Below the pieces are notes generated by a model, which searched no databases, was not told the origin of the DNA, and was given only the letters and a program-made list of their open reading frames with translations. From NCBI RefSeq assembly GCF_009834535.1, contig NC_045697.1, forward strand, positions 92,506,001-92,570,000: 64,000 nt of DNA, given 5' to 3'. The stretch is from Camelus ferus (taxonomy: Eukaryota). Below, in pieces: positions 41,679 through 54,695 of the stretch. Every line of letters starts with the position of its first letter. The stretch's first letter is position 1. Made by a program: the position numbers and the translations under genes.

Positions 41679-42109
41679 CAAAATAGTTTATATAATTGAT
41701 TTTTTAAAAATATGTTGAGATAAAAGATGAAAGGATAAGAGGGAAATAGAGAAGCAGAGAAGATGTTAAAAATTAAAATATTATATAAATCATTTTGCTC
41801 AATCAGTATAAAGAAATATGAAAAACTTGGGCAAATTGGAAATTTTTCTGGGAAAACATAATTTAACAAAACAGAAGAAATGGCCTGTGTAAGATTTATT
41901 AAAAAAATACATTGTGTAAGATTCCTTTAAAAAAATAAAATGCAGAAGACATAAACCATTTCGTAGAAGGCATCTCCTTAAGAGAAGCTCATTTAAATAC
42001 TACTTTGTTTCAAGCAGTGAAATGAAAAATAGCTCATTTTTAAAATGCAAGTGTATTTTTGAAACTCAAAACTGCCAAACATTACCCAAGTAAATACAAT
42101 TAACAGTCT

Positions 42110-42663
42110 TGATTATGAATAATTTAGGGACTTCTCAAGATATTTCTACTAAAAAGCTGTGACTGTGACGTTATTTTTAACAAAGAACCTTTGTAATGTA
42201 ATTCAGTTAAGAGTCTTGAAATGAAATCATCTTGGATTATCTGAGTGGTCCCTAAACCTTCATAAGGCAAAGGAAGAGGGATATTTGAGATACAGAGGTG
42301 AAGACCACGTGCAGAGAAAGGCAGAGATTGATGTTATGCAGCTACAATCCCAGGAACACCTGGAGCCACCAGAAGCTGAAAGAGGCAAGGAACAGAATCA
42401 CCCCCTGGTCTCTGGAAGGAGCGTGGCCAGGCCAACACCTTATTTTAGAATCTGGCCTCCAGAATTGTGAAAGGATACACTTGTGTTATTTGAAGCCACC
42501 CAGTTTATAAGGATTTGTTTTTTGTTTCGTTTGTTTTGTTTTTAATGGAAATACTGGGGATCGAACCCAGGACCTTGTGCATGCTAAGCATGCTCTGTAC
42601 CACTGAGCTGTACTCCCACCCCCACGTAAGGATTTGTTATAATAGCTTTAGGTAACTAATATG
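42110..42663 (+). mobile_element. MLT1B/C MaLR LTR containing a SINE
   Basis: GGAGCCACCAGAAGCTGAAAGAGGCAAGGAACAGA...TCTGGCCTCCAGAATTGTGA...AAGCCACCCAGTTT...GGTAACTAATA. Confidence 0.9.
42520..42626 (-). mobile_element. tRNA-Ala-derived SINE (camelid vic-1 type)
   Basis: Minus strand GGGGGTGGGAGTACAGCTCAGTGGTACAGAGCATGCTTAGCATGCACAAGGTCCTGGGTTCGATCCCCAG has A box, AGC anticodon arm, B box and an A-rich tail. Perfect 12-bp TSD TAAGGATTTGTT (42508-42519, 42627-42638). Confidence 0.92.
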
Positions 42664-42849
42664 GATATTGATGCAGATATTCTAAGTAAAATATTAACTG
42701 CAAATTCATTACTTTATTAAAAAGATAATTCATCATAACCAAGTAGTATTTGTCATATAAAATCAAGGATGATTAACTATTAAAATATATTTATATAGTC
42801 AATATTTTCATATTTCTAAAAATACGTATCAGTAGCAATAAACAGAACA

Positions 42850-43065
42850 ATAAACAGAAACATGAACACAGTACTTACCGTGTACTTGGCTCAGTTGGAG
42901 CCCTTTACAGTTAATCATCATAACAGCCTTATGAGATAGATCCATGTAAGTCCTATTTTATAAAAGAAAACTGAAACTAAAGCAAGGGTTAAGTAGATTT
43001 ACAAAGATGCGTATCCAGTAGTTGGTGAAGTTGGATTTTGAATCCCTGGCTGGCTTCAGAGTCCT
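42850..43065 (-). mobile_element. MIR SINE
   Basis: TCATAACAGCCTTATGAGATAG...CCTATTTTATAAAAGAAAACTGAAACT...GGATTTTGAATCCC. Confidence 0.75.
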
Positions 43066-45614
43066 TATATTGTAAAACAACAGTATGATCATCTCCATGG
43101 ATGCTGACCAAATTAAGTAAATGATCTTGCTTAAAAATGTAATTATCAAGATTAGATGCATGTTACTTAATGAGCAAAAGATACTGATTTCAGCCCCCAA
43201 ATCAGGGCAGTCTTTAAAACTGGAATACCAAGGTCCCTTCCTATTAATGTTAGAAGAAGTAAAACAAGGACACCCACTATTCCTAATATTAGCATATTAC
43301 CATTATACTGGATGCGCTAAAAACACAATAAGGCAAGATAAAGATAGAGAAATGTGAGGTATACCAATTTTCTGATATATATGTATATATGAATGAAGGG
43401 GGCAGGAAATGTTTCTGCCTAATTCCCATTTTCATTCTCACCCTTACCAGATAAAATCAGTACAAGAAGAACATTGCACAAGTGCAAAGTGTTTGCACTG
43501 CTGTAATTACAAGAGTGAGATGAGCCATGAACACAGTTTTAGGTTTTAAGTATGACTAAATGGAGTATATAATATAAATGAGACTGCATTGGCCAGACCT
43601 TTCTCCTGGTTGCCATGGAAATGAGACACTCTCTTCATGTCAGTAAAATTATGGTTAAAATTGTCATGTGACAATGGGTAAGAAACAGTCAGGGATCAAA
43701 AAATAGATGATTTAATTCCACTTGGGGGAGAAGAAATGGGAAGGCATTTGGAGGTATTTATGAAATGGAATGAAAGATTGAATCAGAAGAAAATGTTGGG
43801 ATTTGAATAAGTGAGTTAAGTAAAGAAGAAAAATAAATTGTTTAGTCTCTGTGTTAAATACTATGGAAATAGGTTGAGCTAGAATGTTCTGGAGTTTTGT
43901 GCGTTCTGCAAACCGACCATGGAGCCACAGAATTTGGTTGTGCCGAGTAGGCATAAACAAGTGTGTATAGGTGCATGTTGCCTCTCCTTCCCTGAATGAC
44001 ACAATTACCTGATAGAAGTAGGCTCTAAAGCAAAGGAGGCAGGTGAGAAAAATGTGTTACCTGCTCACAACCTGACTGAGTCCTCCATCATACATGCAGA
44101 CCTCTCCTCATTACTTATCCACTGATAGTGGGAAGTGAAGGGGGATGTCAGCTATTCTGTCTAAAATTTGGTCCTGACCTGGAGAGACGATGTAGTCCCT
44201 TGTAGCAGTTTATCTCAGGCTACTAATTTTGCCAGGTTGCTGGGTTGTTATTTTGTTCAGCTTATCATAATTGAGAGAAGACGATCATCACTAGACTGGT
44301 GCATTCTAAGATAAACACATAACATAAAAAAGTCCCAGATTATTTTATTTTCTTCATATCTTAAGTGCAATAGTAAAAATAAACTAATTGGAAGATTAAA
44401 ATGGAGTTATTTAAAAATTAAATACCTTTTAATTAGAAAGCAAAATTTTTGTATATTTTAGTGTGATGTTGATTCTTACGAGGTTGTTTCCTCAGACTTC
44501 AGTCTATGTGCCATTGATATTCTCCTGGGTTGGTAAAGAATCGTTGTGTCTGTAATAGAGAGGTGTTTTTTTTTTTTTTAATCAGAAACACAAAAATAGT
44601 TTGCCCAATTTCAGCATGAAAGCAGTTCCAGGAGTTTTCCATTGAGACACTCAATTTCAATTGAATTTTTCCTGATTTATTTCTAGATAAACCAGTGGCA
44701 TTCTGTAAGCATCCAATTTAATAGGGAGAACAGGGAAACTGAACATATACAATATTTATTGTAGCTTAAGTTACAATAGCAGACACTGTTGCTTCTTTAC
44801 TCTTCTGAATATTTAGGCAATAAAATCAAATATGTTGTTGTGGTAGCCTATGATATCGTAAGTGGATTCTGAATGATTAATCTTCATTGTACAACCTGAT
44901 TATCATAACATGACCCCATATTGTATATGCTTGTGGTGCCTTCTCACAAATTCCAATTAGGCAGAAAAGGAAGCATGTAATTGATGATTTGGATTATGTG
45001 AACAATGTAGAATTGTGTTAAATAATAAGCAATATGCAACATAGAATTCTTTTAAATAATGCACAATTACTGGAAGACAATTTTTGCATTTTTCATGACA
45101 TATATTAAAAGATCAAGCTTTTTATTGTGTTATTCATTAATTCAGAAGACTTGAAAGAAATCCTGGATTTTATATAGAGAATTCTTTAATGGTAAAGTTT
45201 GTCATTTACTTATAATTAACTCACATTTTCATAATATATTAAAACAACATTGATATCCTTAAGCCTGTGGGGGTATAAAACACCTACTTCACCATTTAGT
45301 TTGTGCTGTATATTATAGTACTATATATTGTGTTTATTCTTATTATTGCAATATGGATGAAGGTATCTTAGATTTTGTAAAGGCCACTCAAATTAGTAGA
45401 AGCTGCTGTTCATGTATAAGGGAAAAAAGTTTAGATGAAAGCAGTAAATAAGTGATTTCTGTCCCTGGCACAATCTTTGGAAAATAAAATTTAGGTTATG
45501 TATTATTACATATAGATAAGTAAATGAGGAGATAAATTTATTTTACTAATAATACTAATAATTTTACTAATCATCTGATTTTTGAAAGGCAGTGTGATAG
45601 AGCTATTGGATTGC

Positions 45615-46135
45615 TTTATTAATTCATTCAAAATATGTATCTGTGTCTTCTTGGGTTCAGACTGAGGTAGGTGCTGGGGATACAATGATATTTAAACATG
45701 TGTCCTTGTAGAGAAAATGCAAAACTAAAATATCAACTATAATCAACTGAATAAGTACAAAGATAAGATACATTCAGGGGCATATAGCATTGGAGGAAGA
45801 TTATTTCTAATGAATAGAGAGGGAGAAGTTGAGGCATAATTATTGAAATTATGGAAAAAAGATTGGAACTTCTTATACCAGTGTCAAATATTGTAAATGT
45901 TTTAAACAGTTGTCTAATAATATATTTGCATTCAGAAAGATCATTGTGTATGAAGTGGCCACAGTGGGTCAAAGAGGGACAAGACTCATGACAGAGAAAC
46001 CGTTTAGGGGGCTCTGCAGTAATTCATTCAGCATATACACATTCTGTGCCCTTGTTGTGTTTGACACTGTCCTTAGTGCTGGGCATAGAGTAGAATACAG
46101 GTATAGTACATTCCCCCAGAAGCTGTATCAGCACA
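45615..46135 (-). mobile_element. L2 fragments (two 3' ends)
   Basis: ATTCATTCA tails at ~45622 and ~46022, followed by TAGGTGCTGGGGATACAA and TAGTGCTGGGCATAGAG respectively. Confidence 0.6.
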
Positions 46136-47129
46136 ACAAACTTTAAGCAAAAATGAAAACATGAATATATATGTCTGGGTTATATCACTAGTAGTAACCA
46201 AATAATATCCCTGATGTTCCCCCACCTCTTACACTTGTAACACATCGTGTTTTCCCTCCATGTGCCCACACTAGACGGTGGAAAACATGGTCAGAACTAA
46301 TTGCAAAGTTTAAGACCACAAAACCAGCTTTTGTTTGGTTGTTTGTTTTTGCCTCAGAGAGACTAGATAAATCAAGGTCTGGAGAACAAGAAGGAAGAAG
46401 AAAGAGAATCAAATAAAAACAAAAGTAAAAGGGAGATAACCTATAAGAACCTATATTTACAAAGCCTAGTGCAAAAGACCAATAGGCCAAGCATACTGTT
46501 CCCCAGTGTGTCTCCAATTCTCCCTCATCAATGATGTAACATATCACCTATGAATAACCTTCCATGGGGCAGTACTGGGAACTTTTAGATCTCTATGAAC
46601 AGAGGGTAACAACTTAAAAACTGTATGTGAAGTTGCTGGACGATAATATCCTCAGACCAAAATGTTCCAAGCATGAACCTGTAGATTTTCTGATGAGTGT
46701 ATAACGCTGGCATATACTCTGTTGCTTTTAGTTAAATACCTAGTTTAAAAGAAAAGGTAAAAGCACTATAAAGGAAAAGGACAGAATAATTGGAAAGATA
46801 ATATGACAGGTTAATCATGTATATTGGAGAGTCAAGAAATGGTAGATGAATAAATAGTAAAAGAATAGGTGATATTTAGAATGAAGAGATTTTGAGGCAA
46901 AAGGCACGTTATGAGGAACTTTCCTGATATTAAAACCATTTAGTAGGTTCAAGAAACTGAAATATGGTTGATGGGGCTAGTGGTGAGTCGGAGGAAGAAA
47001 CAAATAAGATTTGAGAATACACAGTGTAAGGGTCGGAATTCAAGAATTGGAATTTTACCCTAAGTGCAATGATCAAGAATTGTGAAGGGTCTGAGATACA
47101 TCCTTCTCTTGAGCTAACAAGTGAGCCTA

Positions 47130-47525
47130 CTATGGTTGCATGGAAACTGAGAGAACATATGAAGCCCCTGGATCTGACAGGCAGCATTTGTGTAATGTTT
47201 CCTTGCCTCCCAAGCCCCATGGGGCCATACAAAGGCAGGATCAGGTAGATCTGCCCACATACTGGGGTTTGTGTCACAGCTAAGGATCCCCCCGTTTAGG
47301 AAACTCCACTTTTCTAAAAGGGGTTGCTTACAAGCCTGACTCCCCTTTTCTGTAGTCGTCATCTCTTTCATCCTGGGCAGAAAATAAATCTTCCCTGTCC
47401 CCCAGAGGAAGACCCTATCTCAGTCTTCCTAGGCAATTTGCTATATGCACATCCTTGAAAAGATAATCAGGAACAAAAGATAGTAGAAGACCTGCAGAAA
47501 TATCATGGAGAACTGTCTCTTGACA
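47130..47525 (-). mobile_element. MER110/MER90-like ERV1 LTR within L2 remnants
   Basis: ACATCCTTGAAAAGATAATCAGGAACAAAAG...CATGGAGAACTGTCTCTTGACA terminus matches recalled MER90/MER110. Confidence 0.7.
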
Positions 47526-47835
47526 CACTGCAAGCTATTTTAATTAGGTGAGTTATGGGACTATATATATATATTTTTTTAAGTGAGCACTTGGTGTCCT
47601 GTGTGAAAGTATTATATTGTTCGGGATAAAAGTATTGATGAAGAGATTGGTTTGGAGGCTACTGAACCCCATGTGAATAATGATTGTGACTATTGCATTT
47701 AACCTAGAAAGTGATGGTGGTTTATCAGGGTGAGTAGCAGTGAGGATTTAGCATTAATGAGACCAGATATATGACCAGGATATGTTACTGATACGGAGAA
47801 CTTGAAGACGATAGTAAAACTAACCAAGAAAAGCA

Positions 47836-48147
47836 AACTTATGGTTACCAGATAGGAAAGGGAGTACAGGGATAAACTGGGAGTTTGAGATTTGCAGATA
47901 CTAACTACTACATACAAAACAGATAAAACAAAAAGGTCCTACTGTATAACACAGGGGGATTACTGATTACATTCAATATCTTGTAATAGCCTATAATGAA
48001 AAAATATGAAAAGCTATATATATATATATATACTGCTCACACAATGGGGTTTGTGTCACAGCTAAGGAGATACATATATATAAAAAACTATGCTGTACAC
48101 CAGAAATTAACACAACATTGTAAATCAACTATATACTTCAATAAAAA
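47836..48147 (+). mobile_element. L1 3'UTR with poly-A, carrying a 36-bp foreign insert
   Basis: AACTTATGGTTACCAG...GGATAAACTGGGAGTTTGAGATT...TGCTGTACACCAGAAATTAACACAACATTGTAAATCAACT. Candidate TSD AAGAAAAGCA (47826-47835) / AAGAAAGGCA (48148-48157). Confidence 0.9.
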
Positions 48148-51100
48148 AAGAAAGGCATTACAAGGACAAAGATATATTTGAAAGGGATTGGATGTGGGGA
48201 ATTGACTCATGAATTCCACTTTTTATAATAAAATAATCAAAAAGCCTTACACATATACTTTTTCAACATGTCACTGTGCATATGAAGAAACACATATAGT
48301 CATCCTGTCTTCAATTAGACCGATTTTTTACTTAAAAATCATCCTGCTTGACTAAGAATTATCATCTGATTAAAACTCCCAAATAATCAAATGCTCTTTT
48401 CAAAGTTTCCTTTTTATATCTTTACTTATAATAGATAATCTTTAAAACTGTGTAGCTGATTTAAAATTTTAAATGGGGAAATAGAACAATGAAGAAATAA
48501 CTCAAATAAGCAATAATTTTATTTGAAAGAGAATGTTTATAGAGATTACAGAAGTTACAATTTCCAAAAATCTGGATCTAAATCCTATTAAGATTACATT
48601 CTACATTAGTAGAAATTAAGGTATATTTTTTAAAATTCAAAAATATGCCATGAGCTCTTCTTTAGTGTTTACCTAGATAGGGAAAATTTTGTCCATAATT
48701 CTAATTACCCGATTAAACAGTTTAAGCCAACTGAAGTCCCGGTATCCCTGAAAGTGTGGAATTAAACCATGTCAAAACCTTTAAGATAATTTTTACATTA
48801 GACTGGTGAGCTTGTCACATTCTATAATGTAGCCAGAATAAATTGTGTATTATCATCTAATGGGGAAAAAAGAAGAAAGTTTAAAATAGAATAGTCTCTC
48901 GTTATTCTTGTATTTCCTTGACTCTTGTTCCTCTAGGACATCTGAAGATATTTTGTTTCATTGTACTCTAAGTAGCTCATGAATATTTCAGTTCCAAATG
49001 GTTGAATGTTCTTTTTCCTGGTCCATTTAAATTGCAGCACAAATATGTTTTTTATGTGTGTTGCTGGGAGACTCAGTGATTTAGGGAGTTTTACTTTTCT
49101 TTTTTTTTTAACAATGAAACAATAGATTGTATAGGGACTATAACAGTCCTGTTTATTTAAGATTGCAGTAGAATGGAAATATCACATTTTTAATGTTTAA
49201 TAATGAAATAGCTCTTTTATTTTAAAAATCATATGGAATAATAGTTTTCAAACGTTCAAAGCATTAGTGCACATGAAAAGAGTTTTGAATTAGATCATTC
49301 TTTACTTCCTTCTATAAGAGATTTCCTTTGTGTGTCTTCACACAAGTCTTTTCAAAGGGCTGAAAGGCATATGAAGTGTTCCCTCATTATTGCACTCACT
49401 TGGACTTTTGTGTGAAATAGATCACAAATAGAGATGACTTCAAATCCCTAGCTCTACGAATAATGAAAAAAAAATTGATCTTCCTGAAAATAATTTATTC
49501 AATATTTATAGCACTTTTTGTACACAAATCCTGATTCTCATATCTCTTTATATAATTAAGATAATCCTTGGTGAATAAGAGAAAGCAGCTATTATGTTGT
49601 CATGTTAATATGTCCAGTACATTGTGGAATTAATAAAAAAAAATCCTCTAAGGATTTTTAAAAACCAATCATCTTGATGTACATTTTAAGCTCAGGTCCA
49701 AAATGCATAGCCAAATGCATCTTAACTTGTAAATGTGTCTTATTTTTAAATATGAAGGAAAAATTAAACATTGAAAAAATTACATCCAAATTTGGATTTA
49801 TTAAATAATTGAAACTAGTAAAACATCACAAGAAACGGAATAAGAAGAATAAATTAAAATATCTGGAAATGAGAAAAAATTTATAAATGATGAAGTTGGC
49901 TGTGCTGTCAGATTTTCCTCTGAGCAAGTAGTACTTTTTATGATTTATTCACATGATCATCCACATGGCATCAAGGTAACATACCCACCAGATACTTAGG
50001 GATCATAAAAAATGGTATTATCTTTTGCTATTTAAAGAAAATAATGTGAAATTTTTAGCCTCCAGCTATAGGATTAAAAGGAAATAACTTTACAGCAGCT
50101 ATAAAAGTAATTTGGAGTTTAAAAATGTCATTTCTTTTAAGAATTCAAAGAGTATAAATTGATGATGTATTTTTATGTAACTAATTATATTAGCCAGTTT
50201 GTAAGATAACAGTGGTTCCAAAAGAAAAAAAAAATCATTTGGGGAGAAACAAAGAAAAACAAGCCTGTTGTTGGCTGTATGAGATGCCCCTTAGTACAAT
50301 GTTCTTAATTTAGGATTTTGGTCAGAGAACATGAAAGTCATATTGGTAGAGACATTATCTTCTGATGTCATATATACATGAGGTTTATTATTGTAGGCTT
50401 TGCTTGTAATATAATCACGAGTTCCTCCTTTCTCATAGCCTAAGGCTATATATAGCAAATAAACCATTTTGTCTGAGTAACAATACTTGAGAAATGTTAG
50501 AGGGACACAATTTTTAAATCTTACATAATGTTTAAGTATTCAATAATTGCTCCTTCCAGGACTTTCCATATTTAAATTTAAATTTTTATAAATGCTAGAG
50601 AAAATACAGTATTGCAAATTTTGATACCAAATTAATTTTGCCCACCATTCTTTACAAAACTCAAAACACTAAAGAGGGTAAGAAATAAAAGATAAATGAT
50701 AAGCTGATAACACATCAAGTAAGATCATGTCTTCTGTGAGATAAGGAGACTGCAAAAGTGTGTATGTGATAGTATTTGCATAAAATTACAAGACTGTTTT
50801 GAGGCACTCAAGAGTTCAAATATTTAAATATATTAATGTGTAATGAGGTATTAAAATTGTAATGCTGACATAAAGGAACAGCAATAAAAATAGTTAAAAG
50901 GTATAGAGCCATTTAAGAATTTACTAAAGAGTCGTAAGTAAGGATGATGATCTGCTATGTGAGAGAAATGTGAAGGTCCAGTTAAAAACTGCATATTATA
51001 AATAGGATTATGTAGTATTTTTCCATGGCAAACACTTGCTATATGATTCTTTTTAATGATTCTTGATTCAGAAAAATAACTTCTTGTTTTTCCCCAATTT

Positions 51101-51958
51101 GGTAACTTCTTCAGTTAGAAAATAGGTTAACCAGTATAATTCAAGTAAATCTTATGTTACTGAGACCAAGTTCCCAGCCACAATTTCCTAGGTGATGATT
51201 TTGTAAGCCTTGATGACTAGAAATCCATCTTGCCACATATATATATCCACTTAATTAATGAGCAATATTATTTCACCCCACCAAAACCAGTTGGCTTAAA
51301 AATCATGCAGTGATTTCCATCATCTCTGTTCAACAGAATAAAGGACCATGCAGTTTTAATATATGCATGAATAAGCTCACTCTTGCATGGAAAATAAAAA
51401 AAAATTAAAAGCTTAAACCATAGGTGTGTAAAAGAGTATCAGTGTATGATTGTTACTGGCAATCACATCAGATGTCTCTGAAGACTGTCCAGGCATGTGT
51501 GAAGAAAATAATTTTATTCTTTCCTCCTTTCCTTTGCTAGTATTAACATCAGGATACTGATTTTCAGATAATTATGGATTGCATGATGAAAAAACCAGGG
51601 ATTTTTTTTTCCTAGAAAAAGAGATGAAGGTGCCAACATAGTCTGGAAAATACTGTAATGTGATGTGACTGCTGTAAGGAGTACAACTAGCTGAAATTAA
51701 ATATACTGGCTACTGCCAAAACTGACAAAGTGAAAAAAAAAAAAAAAGAATGTAGATGCAGGGTGTATGAGGGCTTTCTAAAGTGTCTGATTTTGTAAAT
51801 GAGTACATGGCTGCAAGGATGTACTGGTTATTAACTTGTGTATCCCAAGCAAATAGTATGCATCTTGTCATAAGAAGATGCCCAATACCTTATGTTTACA
51901 AGTGATTTCAGAGAATACAAATATTTGATCTTTAAAATAATAACATGTAATTAGCTGT

Positions 51959-51997
51959 TTTATTATTATTATTGTTATTATTATTATTATTATTATT
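51959..51997. repeat. (TTA)n microsatellite
   Basis: TTA run with one interruption. Confidence 0.9.
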
Positions 51998-53031
51998 CCC
52001 TAGAAGAAGTGGGGATACAGAGTTGAAATGACTGTAAGGTGACTTTATGTGGAAGATCCAGGGCCAAGTCCAGATCATTCTTCCTCAGCACTTTAATACT
52101 GCTTCAGCTCAATTTTGAATATAAATTAGAATAATTTTATTTATTAATATTTAGAAGTATTTAGAAAAAATAGATGACTTAAAAAATCTCTAGAATGTAT
52201 GTAAAAACAAAATTATGGAAGCTAGTACTTTAATAAAGAAGACTTAAAATAGAATTAAGTATAAATAGTTAATAGTAAACGTTAAATAGAAGAATATAAT
52301 TTGAGAAGAGAATTGATATTTAAATAATTCTCAGAAGAGTAAACATTTTAAGGAAAAGTTTAAAGAAGGCTCTGTGGTGAGTATAGAAGCGTAAGGGACT
52401 GCTTAAATTTGGTTATTGGGGCAAAGCTTTTTTTAAAAGTTATTAAAGCAATCTAGCCTCAAAGTTATAAAAACTGAAGCACTATGGAAAAGTACCAAAT
52501 GTAAAGTATGCAAAATTATAAGTAATATTCCGTAGAGGTAGCCACTTTGGGCCTTGTTTCTATTTAACTATTCTGTTTTGTTCTTTATAACTCTAAGAAA
52601 ATACATTCGGACTCAGGGGTAATATTCAGTATTCTCAACAACCAGTACAGCAAAAGCACATCCCCGTCTGAACGAATGCTCACTAGTCTTGAAGTTACGC
52701 CAATATTTGTCTCCTGAGTACCAGCTCTGTTTATATGTCTATTGCCTAATTTATCATATGAAAGCATTTTCTAAGAACTTCCATGAATAAACATAAGTAA
52801 TTCAGCTCATTAATGACCTTTTCCCCTTCACCTGTTCCCCTTTCCATTTTATTTATGATCTTTCTTCAGTTAACTTTAGATTTTATTGAGTTTTTCTCCA
52901 TAGACTAATACAGTGGAAACTATCTTAAGGATGCCAGGAATTAACTGTATTCTCTGATTTCTTTCTCTCTCTACCTCTCTCTCAATAGATAGATACATAG
53001 GTAGAAATAGATATATAAATATAAATATATA

Positions 53032-53235
53032 CAGACATACCTGGGGATTCAGTACCAGACCACTGCAATAAAGCAAATATCTCAATAAAGTAAGGCACAT
53101 GAGTTTTTGATTTCCCAGTGCATATAAAAGTTGTATTTACACTGTGATGTAGTCTCTTAAAAGTGCAATAGCATTATGTCTAAGAAACAGTGTACATATC
53201 TTTATTAATTATCTGAGGCTCTGTTAAGTCATCTT
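53032..53235. mobile_element. Tigger2-family DNA transposon end fragment
   Basis: TA|CAGACATACCT...CCAGACCACTGCAATAAAGCAAATATC...TTTCCCAGTGCATATAAAAGTT...GTGCAATAGCATTATGTCTAA. Confidence 0.85.
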
Positions 53236-53559
53236 TTTCATTCACCTGATGTCATGGACTAAATCACCTACCAGTGACATGTTTCTAATCTCTTACCTTT
53301 TCTGAGGATTTTATTTCATGAATATAGATGCTCTGTTCTCTCATATATTTTCTGGTGTTATAATATTTATAAAACAAATATTTCTTGTGAACTGAATTTT
53401 TATCATTATAAAACCTTTTCCATGAATGAATTTTTTTGTCCTGATAAAAAAACTGTCATACTAAAATTGCAATCTATATTATGCCTTTACTCAACATTTG
53501 TTATAACTTTTCTGGATTCTCTGTTTAAAATGCACCTTGTAGTGATAATATATTTATCA

Positions 53560-53860
53560 TGCTTCCACTCTAAGATGACACAATAGAAATACTTACTCTC
53601 ATTCCTCCCAAGAACAACTAAAAACCCTTTAAATTATATTTAAAACAAACATAAGAACAGTGTGAAAGCTGGAGAGAAGACTGACTGGCTAAGGACCTTG
53701 GATATAGATCCAAGGAACTACTTGGTAGTGAGTAACTTGGGTTTTTTTCATTGACTCATATACCCCAGACTTGAAGCTGAGGAAGCCAGCAAACTGGACA
53801 TTCCAAAGGAAATGGACAAAAGAAAAAGCTTCTCCACTCTTCAGCCAATAAAATCCAATG
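53560..53860 (+). mobile_element. Old L1 (L1MC-type) 5'UTR fragment
   Basis: CTTCCACTCTAAGATG...ACAACTAAAAACCCT...AAACAAACATAAGAA...TATACCCCAGACTTGAAGCTGAGGAAGCCAGCAA. Confidence 0.55.
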
Positions 53861-54695
53861 TTTCTTGGAGCCACAGTTGTTCAACATTATATGTTCTAAC
53901 TTTATTTTTAGAAATAGCAAATAAATTCTCAGGAAAAATAAAACAGGTAGTTTAAGTTTTAGATTGTTGGGATTTTTGTTTTAAATTCAAAATGGAAGAA
54001 AATCTTACAAACTGATTTTTTTAGAAAATTTAAATCTTTTCTAAAAATGTATAGATAGGAAACTCTATTATGAATCAGCATTAAAGGAGTGGATTATTTG
54101 CTCTTCTGAATAAACATGTGACCCTCAGTGTGCATAAATCCATTCCTTCTTTATTATTTCCACCTGTTTAAAGTAATGCAAAAGTTGATTGTTGATATGG
54201 TATGACAGTGCTGTTACCAGAAATACAACCATCTAATGTCAGTTATCACAGAAGCACATTCATGTTTTGCCTTCTGATGACCATAATGATATATAATGTA
54301 TTTTGACCACCTACTTTATGCAAAACACAATCCTTGATTTGATAGGGAATATAGAATAAAAATAAGATAGCTTCCTTTTATTGTTGTTGTTCTCAGGATA
54401 CTCACAGTCTTACTTCCATATTATACCAACAGATGTCAAAATAATGAAGAAAAATATTATAAAATCACAGTTTGTTTTATTACATAGTATTTTCCAATTT
54501 TTTGTATATCCTTGTAAAATATTTAGCATGCATATTTATGTACTTATTTATGTCTATATATATACAATTGTATTAACACATGTAGATTTCATAAAATACA
54601 TAGAAATTAGAAATTGAAAAGGTAATATGAAAATACAATAAATTAACGGTAAAAATGTAATTTAGATTATTAATGCACTTCATGAAGTAGAACTT

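Larger units (their letters stand above)
41720..43370 (+). mobile_element. Ancient L1 ORF2 remnant interrupted by MLT1, SINE and MIR
   Basis: Collinear pieces: IDADILSKIL-like (42664), MIISMDA (43086) and ORF 43121..43357 (LEEVKQGHPLFLIL...IRQDK). Confidence 0.6.

Noticed and set aside
42520..42626. tRNA-Ala gene
   Set aside because: The A-rich tail, 12-bp TSD and poor acceptor-stem pairing indicate a SINE.
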